The position numbers were made by a program, and so were the translations under genes. Under the pieces are notes generated by a model. The model saw only the letters and a program-made list of their open reading frames with translations. It made no database searches and was not told where the DNA came from. A DNA stretch of 48,419 nucleotides from Alphaproteobacteria bacterium (GTDB lineage Bacteria; Pseudomonadota; Alphaproteobacteria; UBA6615). Within the stretch, counting starts at the first letter, position 1, and each line of letters begins with the position of its first letter. The stretch spans positions 1 to 48,419 of the forward strand of contig CBDHEC010000016.1 in NCBI GenBank assembly GCA_965261975.1, in the 5' to 3' direction. Below are positions 10,296 to 18,593 of this stretch, piece by piece.

Positions 10296-10979
10296 ATGAG
10301 CGACGACAAGATCACAGGCTATCAGCCCGACGACCCGCGCTACGGGCTGACGCCGGAGGAGCTGGCGCAATATTATCGCGATAAGCCGGCGCAATGGGTG
10401 ATCGTCGCGTGGGACAAGCCGGGCCAGGCCGATGCGCGCGCCGCGAATCTCGAGGCGCAGAAGGCGTATGCCAAATCTCTTGGCGACCGGCTGATCGGCT
10501 ATGGGCATATCGTCGGCGATGACGATGAGACCGACATCCAGGCAACCGCCTGGTTCGTCGAGCTTGGCGACCGCGAGGTGGCCGAAGCCTTTGCGGCTGA
10601 CGACCCGCTTGCGAAGGCCGGGGTCTATGACCGCACGGACATCCGCCGCTGGTCCAACAGCTTCATCAAGCGCCAGGCCGACTATGCGCGAAAGGGCGAG
10701 CAGCAGTTCCTGTATTTCGGCTGGAAGATTCCGAACGCCGCGCCGTTTATCGCGATCCATCTGAAGGCCCATGAGGATTTCTTTAAGGCCCATGAGGACC
10801 GCTTTATTTTCCGCGGGCCTCTGCGCTCACCTGACGGCACCGAGAATGTGGGTTCTGCGTTGATGATCGAACTGCCGGACCGCGCGGCGGCCGACGAATT
10901 CTGGGCAACCGAGCCGTTCTCGGCGAACGGCGGCTACCAGGACGACTTCAAGATCTATCGTTGGGTATTCGGCGACTAG
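10296..10979 (+). CDS. Tandem YciI-domain protein
   Basis: Two YciI-like repeats (DKPG..DDPLAKAGVY; GPLRSPDG..GSALMIE..TEPF). Confidence 0.75.
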   Translation: MSDDKITGYQPDDPRYGLTPEELAQYYRDKPAQWVIVAWDKPGQADARAANLEAQKAYAKSLGDRLIGYGHIVGDDDETDIQATAWFVELGDREVAEAFAADDPLAKAGVYDRTDIRRWSNSFIKRQADYARKGEQQFLYFGWKIPNAAPFIAIHLKAHEDFFKAHEDRFIFRGPLRSPDGTENVGSALMIELPDRAAADEFWATEPFSANGGYQDDFKIYRWVFGD

Positions 10980-10995
10980 GATTTGGCTGGCATCG

Positions 10996-12684
10996 CTAGT
11001 CAGGGAAGTATTTCAGCACGCTTTCCATCGGGTTGGGTGCGGCCTGGCCCAGCCCGCAGATCGAGGCGTCGCGCATGGTCTGTGAGAGCTCGCCGAGCAG
11101 ATCCGCATCCCAGTTGTCGGTCTGCATCAGCTTGACCGCCTTCTCGCAGCCGACCCGGCAGGGCGTACACTGGCCGCAGCTCTCATCCTCGAAGAACTGC
11201 GTCAGGTTGAGCGCGGCGGCGCGAATGTCGTCTTCCTGCGAGAGCACCACGACCGCGCCCGATCCGACGAACGCCCCATGTTCTTCGAGTGACCCGAAAG
11301 CCAGCGGCAGGTCTGCCATGGAAGCAGGTAAAATGCCGCCCGATGCACCGCCGGGCAGGTAGGCGCGAAGTTCGTGGCCGTCGGCCATACCGTCGCAATA
11401 CTCCTCGATCAGCTCCGACACCGTGATGCCGTTGGGTGCGATTTTCACGCCTGGTGTCTTCACGCGGCCCGAGACGGAATAGGCCCGCACGCCGGCATGC
11501 CCGCGCCGGCCCTGGTCCTTGTACCAATCGACCCCGGTTTCCAGGATTTCACGAATCCAGAAGACGGTTTCCACATTGTGCATCAGGGTCGGCTGACCAA
11601 AGACACCGTTCTGGGCCACATAGGGCGGCCGGTGGCGCGGCAGGCCGCGCTTGCCTTCGATGGACTCAATCAGCGCGCTTTCTTCACCGCAAATATACGC
11701 CCCCGCGCCGCGCCGGAGCTGGATGTAGCCCGGCCCGATGATGCCCGCTTCCTCGATGTCCGCGATCTCGCGGCTCAGAATTTCCCGTGCAGCGGGATAC
11801 TCGTCGCGCAGATATATCCAGAGGGATTCCGCGTCGACCGCCCATGCGGCGATCAGGGCGCCTTCGAGAATCGAATGCGGCGAGCGTTCGAGGAACTGCC
11901 GGTCCTTGAACGTACCGGGCTCGCCTTCGTCGGCATTGATCACCACGGTGCGTGGGCCTTCTTCGGCGCGTACGAAATCCCATTTTCGCGCGACGGGAAA
12001 CCCCGCGCCGCCCATGCCGCGCAGGTCGGCTTGTGCGAGGGCCGCATGCACCGTCTCGTAGGTTCGGTGGTCCGAGACGCAAGACTGGAAAATGCCGTAG
12101 GCGCCGCGCTTCAGGGCGACATCGAGAGTCTGGTAGGGCTCGATACGTGCCTCGGTTTCGCCTGCGGAAACGGCCGCGGACACGTTCTCCTGCGTGGCGA
12201 AGTCGATATGCCGATGGCCTACTTCGGCGACGGGCGCGTGATCGCAGCGGCCCATGCAAGGTGCGCGCACGACGCGCACATCGTCTGCCGTTCCGGTCTC
12301 AATTGCGGCCCGTAAACTGTCCGCACCGGCCTGCATGCAGGGCAGGCTGTCGCACACCCGGATGGTCAGCGCAGGCATGTCCACGCGATCGTCGGTCGCG
12401 ACGTCGAAATGGGCATAGAAAGTCGCGACTTCGTAGACTTCGACCAGGGACAATTTCATCAGATCGGCCAGGGCTGCCAGGTGGCGCGGCGACAGGCCGT
12501 GCCGGGCGTCCTGGATCACATGCAAATGCTCGATCAGGAGGTCGCGGCGCATCGGGGCGTCGCCGAGCAGCGTCTGCACTTCCGCGAGGGCGTCCGGGTC
12601 GACCTGTCGACCTTTCGGAAAAGACGCGGCCTTGCGACGCCCGCTGCCGGGGTGATGAAAATCCTGTGGCGTCTGCTCACTCAT
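10996..12684 (-). CDS. NAD-dependent formate dehydrogenase beta subunit (NuoE-NuoF fusion)
   Basis: VATFYAHF, CDSLPC, CMGRCDHAP, LRGMGGAGFP, NADEGEPGTFKDR, GAYICGEE, ESCGQCTPCR. Confidence 0.92.
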   Translation of the reverse strand: MSEQTPQDFHHPGSGRRKAASFPKGRQVDPDALAEVQTLLGDAPMRRDLLIEHLHVIQDARHGLSPRHLAALADLMKLSLVEVYEVATFYAHFDVATDDRVDMPALTIRVCDSLPCMQAGADSLRAAIETGTADDVRVVRAPCMGRCDHAPVAEVGHRHIDFATQENVSAAVSAGETEARIEPYQTLDVALKRGAYGIFQSCVSDHRTYETVHAALAQADLRGMGGAGFPVARKWDFVRAEEGPRTVVINADEGEPGTFKDRQFLERSPHSILEGALIAAWAVDAESLWIYLRDEYPAAREILSREIADIEEAGIIGPGYIQLRRGAGAYICGEESALIESIEGKRGLPRHRPPYVAQNGVFGQPTLMHNVETVFWIREILETGVDWYKDQGRRGHAGVRAYSVSGRVKTPGVKIAPNGITVSELIEEYCDGMADGHELRAYLPGGASGGILPASMADLPLAFGSLEEHGAFVGSGAVVVLSQEDDIRAAALNLTQFFEDESCGQCTPCRVGCEKAVKLMQTDNWDADLLGELSQTMRDASICGLGQAAPNPMESVLKYFPD

Positions 12685-12739
12685 GGTCGGCAAGTTGCTC
12701 GAAGTTGATCGGGTGAATGGGGCGGGGTGGGCGAATCGC

Positions 12740-12768
12740 ATTAGATTGCCCCCCGTGGCCGGGGTCAA
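12740..12768 (-). promoter_or_regulatory. Sigma70-type promoter of the FDH beta gene
   Basis: Minus strand TTGACC-N17-TCTAAT upstream of the ATG at 12684. Confidence 0.55.
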
Positions 12769-12769
12769 C

Positions 12770-12970
12770 AGGGCAGAGGAATTGCTGGATCAACTGGACC
12801 GCATTCGCGTTGGCATACTGACCGGCGGGATCTCTGGTGCGACCCTGCAGAATATCGTCAATCGCCTGGCCAAACGCCGATCGGACGGCGTGGAACCCCG
12901 GCTTGCGGCCCTGATCGACGAGATCGAGCTGCGTGCGCGAGTCGAGCTGGCCAAACTCTCCATAAACTAG
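12770..12970 (+). pseudogene. fliX: 5'-truncated flagellar assembly regulator FliX (C-terminal ~66 aa only)
   Basis: RAEELLDQLDRIRVGILTG..LAALIDEIELRARVELAKL is the FliX C-terminal signature; canonical position next to dksA; no N-terminal half or own start. Confidence 0.8.
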
Positions 12971-13193
12971 CTCTGTAGCCGGGGCGATCCCCGTTCCCGG
13001 GCGTCATTTTCCCCGCACCAAAAGCGACAGATACCGCGGATCGTCGGTGCTCCGACCGGCGCCGGTCCACCCGTGGGTCAGATCGTCACAAATTCGTCAC
13101 GCCACGGTACTTGCCGCAACCCGGTCTCGCGCATATATTCCGCGCGCAAAATGACCTGATGATCAAAATCAGCGTTGCAGGGGAAGAGAGCTC

Positions 13194-13613
13194 ATGTCGT
13201 CGAATATGCTTTCACCGGACTACACGCCGACCGACAAAGAAGACTTCATGAATCCGATGATGGAGGAATTCTTTCGTCAGCGTCTGACCGCTTGGCGAGA
13301 GGAGTTGCTCCGTGAATCGGGCGTGACCCTCCAGAACATGCAAACGACAAGTGTCCAGGAGCCGGACATCGCTGATCGCGCCTCGCAGGAGAGCGAGCGT
13401 ACGCTCGAACTGCGCACCCGCGACCGTGAACGCAAGCTGATCTCCAAGATCGATGCCGCGCTGCGCCGTATCGAGACCGGGGAATACGGCTATTGCGAGG
13501 ATACCGGCGAGCCCATCGGCGTCGGACGACTGATCGCGCGGCCGATCGCGACCATGAGCATCGAGGCGCAGGAGCGCCACGAGCGGATGGAAAAGACCCA
13601 CCGCGACGAGTAG
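13194..13613 (+). CDS. dksA: RNA polymerase-binding protein DksA
   Basis: DIADRAS, ELRTRDRERKLISKIDAALRRI, YGYCEDTGEPI, RLIARPIATMSIEAQERHER. Confidence 0.95.
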   Translation: MSSNMLSPDYTPTDKEDFMNPMMEEFFRQRLTAWREELLRESGVTLQNMQTTSVQEPDIADRASQESERTLELRTRDRERKLISKIDAALRRIETGEYGYCEDTGEPIGVGRLIARPIATMSIEAQERHERMEKTHRDE

Positions 13614-13817
13614 CGTCCCAACGCGCTGCGGACGGCATTGTCGTACCTTTCGACACGCTGAAATTCACCCACCTGAAATCCACCGTTATGCGGGACGATT
13701 CCCGCGTTCGTGGCTTGTGCATGCCCCGTCAAAACCTGCTAGCGTTTATCCAAGCGGGCCCGGTCAGAGGTCTGCGTGACAATGTCACAAACCGATTGTC
13801 ACGGGGGAGGCAGCGTG

Positions 13818-14846
13818 ATGCGCGCGATGGTCGTGAAAGAGTGGGGACAGCCCTTCACACTGGAGGAGCGCCCGGACCCGGAACCGGGACCGGGTGAGGC
13901 GATGCTCAAGGTGCGCGCGGCAGGCGTGGGTCTGACCCTCGTGACCATGCGCACCGGCGTATTCGGTGGTGAAGCGCCGCGGGTGATGGGGCATGAGCTC
14001 GGCGGCGATATCGTTGCGGTCGGCGAAGGCGTGACCAACGTGAAACCGGGCGACCGCTGTGCGGTCTATTTCTATTTGAACTGCGGGCATTGCCGCTGGT
14101 GTCACGGCGGTCGCGAGACCCTGTGCGAGAACCATGGCGGCTATGTCGGCGTCCATGTCGATGGCGGCTACGCCGACTATGTGGTCCTGCCCGCCGGCAA
14201 CTTCCTGCCGATCCCCGAGGGGCTCGACTATGAAGGCGCGGCCATCGCGGCCGATGCGGTCAACACCAACTGGCACTGCATGCGCGAGCGCGCGCAGATC
14301 GCGCCCCATGACGATGTGTTGCTGATTGGCGCGGGCGGCGGCGTGGGTGTCCACGGGATCCAGGTCGCCAAGGCATTCGGCGCGCGCGTGATTGCTGCCG
14401 ACATCTCTGACGAGAAGCTCGATTACGCGAAGCAATGGGGGGCAGACGAAGTGATCAACGTGCGCGCGGTTGACGATATCGCCGAAGCCGCACGCAAGCT
14501 CACCGACGGCAAGGGGGTCGAGGCCGCGGTCGATTATGTCGGCGCGTCCGAGACGTTTACGGCTGCCATAGCCGCCCTGACAACGGCGGGACGCGCGGTG
14601 GTGATCGGTGCGAAACCCGGCAATGTCGAGGTCAATCCGATTGACCTGCTGATCGGCGAGAAGATCGTCACCGGCTCGCGCCATTCGACCCGCACCGAGC
14701 TCATGGAAACCATGGAAGTGATGGCCAAGGGCACGATCAAGTCCGCGGTCGGCAAGCGCGTGCATTTCACCGAGGTCGAGACCCTGTTCGAGGATTTGCA
14801 GGCTGAGACCTTACTCGGGCGTGGCGCGCTCACTTACGACAACTAA
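13818..14846 (+). CDS. Zinc-type (MDR) alcohol dehydrogenase family protein
   Basis: GHELGG, structural Zn motif CGHCRWC..C, GAGGGVG Rossmann motif. Confidence 0.88.
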   Translation: MRAMVVKEWGQPFTLEERPDPEPGPGEAMLKVRAAGVGLTLVTMRTGVFGGEAPRVMGHELGGDIVAVGEGVTNVKPGDRCAVYFYLNCGHCRWCHGGRETLCENHGGYVGVHVDGGYADYVVLPAGNFLPIPEGLDYEGAAIAADAVNTNWHCMRERAQIAPHDDVLLIGAGGGVGVHGIQVAKAFGARVIAADISDEKLDYAKQWGADEVINVRAVDDIAEAARKLTDGKGVEAAVDYVGASETFTAAIAALTTAGRAVVIGAKPGNVEVNPIDLLIGEKIVTGSRHSTRTELMETMEVMAKGTIKSAVGKRVHFTEVETLFEDLQAETLLGRGALTYDN

Positions 14847-14869
14847 CAATAGCAATCACGGAGGAACTG

Positions 14870-16114
14870 ATGGTCGATTTTGCCCTGACGAAACGCCAGG
14901 TCGCGCTGCGCGACAAGGCCCGGAAATTCGCAATCGAGGAAATCATTCCCGTCGCCGAGGCCGGTGACCGCGAGCCCGATCCGGCCAAGTCCTTCAACTG
15001 GGATGTCATTCGCAAGGCCGACAAGCTGGGCCTGCGCACATTGTCGGTGCCCAAGGAGTATGGCGGCGGCGGGGCCGACGTGATGACCCTCTCCATGATT
15101 GGTGAGAATCTCGCCTATGGCGATCTCGGGATCGCGGTGGCCTTCGATCAGACTTGGAAGATCATGACCATGATCAGCCACCTGACAACTGCCCGGCAGC
15201 GCAAGAAATGGCTGCCCCGGGTTATGGACGACCCGACCTGTCTGTTGGCCGCGGCCGCGACCGAGCCTCTGTCGGGCAGCGATTCCATCCTGCCTTACAA
15301 CAAGCCCGACGGCGGCGTGCGCATGACCGCCAAGAAGCGCGGCGACAAGTGGGTCCTCAACGGCGAGAAACGCTATATCTCCAACGGCGGGCTGGCGAAG
15401 GTCATCTATGTGATGGCGCGTACCGATATGCGCAAGGCGCCGCTCAAGAGCATGACGGGGTTCCTGCTGACGTCCGACACGCCGGGTTATTCGGTGACGG
15501 AAATCTGGGACAAGCTCGGCCAGCGCAACGTCGCCAATGGCACGATGGTCTTCGACAATGTCGAGATCCCCGAGGCCGACGTGATGGGTACGCCCAATGG
15601 TGCGCTCGGCGAGCTGGGAGCGTTGCTGACGCGTTTCGGGTCCAACATTCAGGCCGGCGCGACCGTGCTGGGTGTTGCCCAGCGTGCCTATGATGTGACC
15701 CTCCAATACGCCAAGCAACGGGTGCAGGGCGGCAAGCCTATCTTCGAGCACCAGATCCAGTCGCAGCGGCTGGCGCGCATGCACATGCTGCTGGAATCCG
15801 CACGCTTCTATCTCTGGTATTCGGGTTGGACGGCAAACTCCGGCACACCGGATGCGGCCGCAGCATCGCTGTGCAAGGTCAACGCGGCGGAGAACTCCGT
15901 GAAGGTGCTGATGGAGGCTTTCGAGCTGTGGGCTGCCACGGGGTACATGAAGAAAAACCCGATCGAAAAACTGCTGCGCGACGGGCTCAGCTTCGTGCAC
16001 TCCGACGGCACCAACGATGTGCTGTTGCTTAAGGCGTCGCGGATGCTTGAAACCATCAAGCGTGGCGACCCACGCTACAGCCGCCGGGTGGAGCTCGCCG
16101 CCAAGGGCCGGTAA
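14870..16114 (+). CDS. Acyl-CoA dehydrogenase family protein
   Basis: ATEPLSGSD, WVLNGEKRYISNG, KLGQR, QRVQGGKPI, GYMKKNPIEKLLRD. Confidence 0.9.
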   Translation: MVDFALTKRQVALRDKARKFAIEEIIPVAEAGDREPDPAKSFNWDVIRKADKLGLRTLSVPKEYGGGGADVMTLSMIGENLAYGDLGIAVAFDQTWKIMTMISHLTTARQRKKWLPRVMDDPTCLLAAAATEPLSGSDSILPYNKPDGGVRMTAKKRGDKWVLNGEKRYISNGGLAKVIYVMARTDMRKAPLKSMTGFLLTSDTPGYSVTEIWDKLGQRNVANGTMVFDNVEIPEADVMGTPNGALGELGALLTRFGSNIQAGATVLGVAQRAYDVTLQYAKQRVQGGKPIFEHQIQSQRLARMHMLLESARFYLWYSGWTANSGTPDAAAASLCKVNAAENSVKVLMEAFELWAATGYMKKNPIEKLLRDGLSFVHSDGTNDVLLLKASRMLETIKRGDPRYSRRVELAAKGR

Positions 16115-16147
16115 CCAAGGATCGAAACGAAAACGGAGAGAGACGGA

Positions 16148-16690
16148 ATGGACGTACCATTCGTGACCCGCGAGGAAATGCTGGCGAATAATGTGTCGCG
16201 CGCGTCGGAGATGCGCGGGTCGCCCCTGGCGTTCCTCGACATGCGTATGCCCGCGCATGAGCGCGAGAACATCAACATCATTGGCCTCAACGTGACCGAG
16301 AATGTTGATGACCCTGCGCTGGCACCGATTATCAAGGCGCCCGCCCACGGGTTCAGCGTCGGCTATATCCGGGCCAAGGATGGTCGCGGTGCGGCCTTGC
16401 ACGCCCATGAGACCGAGGAGGTCTTCATTCCGGTTCGCGGCCAGTGGGAAATCTACTGGCTCGCGGGCGAAGAGGAGCAAGCGGTCACCCTGGATGTCGG
16501 CGATGTGGTCAATGTGCCTGTGGGCATCTATCGCGGGTTCCGCTGCGCGTGTGATGACCCCGATGCGCTGTTGCTGGCGGTGATCGGCGGCCCCGATCCG
16601 GGCAAGCCCAACTGGCACCCCTCGGTGCTTGAGGCGGCGCGCGAGACCGGCCTGTCGGTCGATGAAGACGGTAATTTTCGCGAAGACTAG
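16148..16690 (+). CDS. Cupin-domain protein (paralog of 5581-6129)
   Basis: HAHETEEVF, VVNVPVGIYRGF; closely similar along its length to the 5581-6129 protein. Confidence 0.8.
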   Translation: MDVPFVTREEMLANNVSRASEMRGSPLAFLDMRMPAHERENINIIGLNVTENVDDPALAPIIKAPAHGFSVGYIRAKDGRGAALHAHETEEVFIPVRGQWEIYWLAGEEEQAVTLDVGDVVNVPVGIYRGFRCACDDPDALLLAVIGGPDPGKPNWHPSVLEAARETGLSVDEDGNFRED

Positions 16691-16699
16691 TAGCGCTGC

Positions 16700-17551
16700 T
16701 TAGACGTTTGCCGCGAGGAGTTCGGGCAGCAGCGCGTTGAATCCTTCCGCCGCCTCATATTGAACCCAGTGCCCTGTATCGGGGAATACGCGAAACGGCG
16801 CATCGGGTTGAATCTCCGCCGCTGCCGTGCGGATACCGTCCAGGTCCGGGTCCAGCATGGGGTCTTTGTCACCGAATACGAAATTGAGGAGGCAAGGCAG
16901 CCCGCGCAGGCTGTCGGCCGCGATCGTCCGGCGCGCGATGCCGCGTGAGCGCAGACGGTTCTTTGCCATGTTCTCCGTGTGCAGTGTCATCGCAAGTTCG
17001 TCGACCGCAGACGGATTGTGCACCATCAGCTTCTCGAGATTCCCGCGATAGATCGGCGCAGCCTCCTCGGCGTTCATTTCTGGCGGCACCGGCACCAGCG
17101 CATTGGCCGGGCCGGTGGTGGTGAGCCCCAGAATGGGCGTGCCGACGATGGTCACACTGCGCACGCGGCTTGCCTGGAGATGCGTGACCGGGCCGGCCAG
17201 CAATCCACCGAATGAAAACCCCACCAGATCGAATGACGCGTCATCCCGGATGAGATGGCTCAGTCCCGCCGACAGGATCGTCGCCAGGCTCTCTGCGTCC
17301 GGATGGTCTGGCGGATTGTCGGAATCACCGCAGCCCGGCAGGTCGGGTGCGATGACGTGATGGGTCGCGGTAAGCTTCGGGATATTGCGCACCCAGTGGT
17401 TCCATGCTCCGAAACCGCCATGGAACAGGACGACGGCAGGCAGATTGGAATCGCCCCAGGACCGCCATACCATCCGGCCCTCGCCGCATGGTGTTTGGTG
17501 CTTGCGCGCTCCTTCGAGAAGCGCATCGAGGGTTTTACGAGAGTTGGTCAT
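16700..17551 (-). CDS. Alpha/beta hydrolase
   Basis: HGGFG, DLPGCGDS, nucleophile elbow GFSFG, GHWVQYE. Confidence 0.88.
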   Translation of the reverse strand: MTNSRKTLDALLEGARKHQTPCGEGRMVWRSWGDSNLPAVVLFHGGFGAWNHWVRNIPKLTATHHVIAPDLPGCGDSDNPPDHPDAESLATILSAGLSHLIRDDASFDLVGFSFGGLLAGPVTHLQASRVRSVTIVGTPILGLTTTGPANALVPVPPEMNAEEAAPIYRGNLEKLMVHNPSAVDELAMTLHTENMAKNRLRSRGIARRTIAADSLRGLPCLLNFVFGDKDPMLDPDLDGIRTAAAEIQPDAPFRVFPDTGHWVQYEAAEGFNALLPELLAANV

Positions 17552-17683
17552 GTACAAGTGGGTCGGGTTGGGGCGCCGGCCGCGAAGCGTGCGCCCGGAT
17601 AATGGATCTTCGAAAGATACCGTCTTGGAAGGCCTGGAGCACGACCGGAATCAGGATATTCCCGATGGGGCTTTGTGAACGAG

Positions 17684-17718
17684 AAAGGGTCGGTTCCTGC
17701 CTGGAACCGACCCTTTTT
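17684..17718. terminator. Bidirectional intrinsic terminator downstream of flgH
   Basis: AAAGGGTCGGTTCC-tgcct-GGAACCGACCCTTT-TT. Confidence 0.8.
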
Positions 17719-17791
17719 GACGTCCCCGGGCTGCCTGCCCGGGTGGCCTACCTGGCCGGTCTTCCGTAACTAGGGATGCTGCCTATGCCGC

Positions 17792-18020
17792 CTAGAACGG
17801 GAAGATGATGTCGAGCACCTGCTGGCCGTAACGCGGCTGCTGGAGATCGGAAATCTGTCCGCGACCGCCATAAGACACGCGTGCCTCGGCAATCTGGTCG
17901 TAGGAAATCGTGTTGGTCGAGGTCACATCCTCGGGCCGGATGACCCCGGCGACCTGGAGTTGGCGGGCTTCGTAATTCACGCGAATTTCCTGTCGGCCGT
18001 AAATCGCCATGTTGCCGCTG
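17792..18020 (-). pseudogene. flgH: 5'-truncated flagellar L-ring protein (C-terminal ~75 aa)
   Basis: [65 protein letters not shown] is the FlgH C-terminus; similarity stops abruptly at about 18020. Confidence 0.88.
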
Positions 18021-18484
18021 CGCGTGCGCGGACCCTGCTGGGTGACTATGACCGGGCGCTGGCCTGGCTGGATGGTCTGGCGGGTGAAGAAGTGGATCTG
18101 CTGCGGGCGGAAATTCACTGGCGCTCGAAGGATTGGAAAGCCGCCTCGCGGGTCTTCGCCCGGCTGGCTGGCCCTTTGCCCGGACCTAATGAAACCCTCG
18201 ACCCCAAACACAGCCGCTACGTCATGAATCGCGCCGTGGCACTGGCGCTGGCGGGCGAGACCAACCGCCTGTCCGCGCTCGCGACGACCCACGGCGCGGC
18301 GATGGCAAATACCGCGTTCGGCGCGGACTTCAGAATCCTCACCGCGGTGGAAAGCGCACCGCGAGATTTCGCCGAAGTGCTCAAACGCGTGGCGAAGGTC
18401 GATGACTTCCAGGCCTTTATGGAAAGCTACCGGGCCCGGCTTGCGGGGACACCCGACGCGTCTTCGGCCACCACCGGGTCGTGA
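18020..18484 (+). pseudogene. 5'-truncated flagellar-cluster TPR-like protein (C-terminal ~150 aa)
   Basis: [40 protein letters not shown] resembles the end of the large TPR protein found near fliP in alphaproteobacterial clusters; it starts back-to-back with the flgH fragment and has no start codon. Confidence 0.65.
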
Positions 18485-18593
18485 TCGCTTGAGCAAGTCG
18501 GTGTCCGTCCCGGCGTGGGAGGGTGCATCTATTCCGGGCAACAGCGTAACGGTGTGGTCTATTCGCCAAACCGAGTTTGGTCCCGGCTAGTTG

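Noticed and set aside
18021-18541. Apparent full-length 249-aa flgH ORF
   Set aside because: The first ~175 aa are the antisense of the TPR remnant and lack the FlgH lipoprotein signal and motifs.
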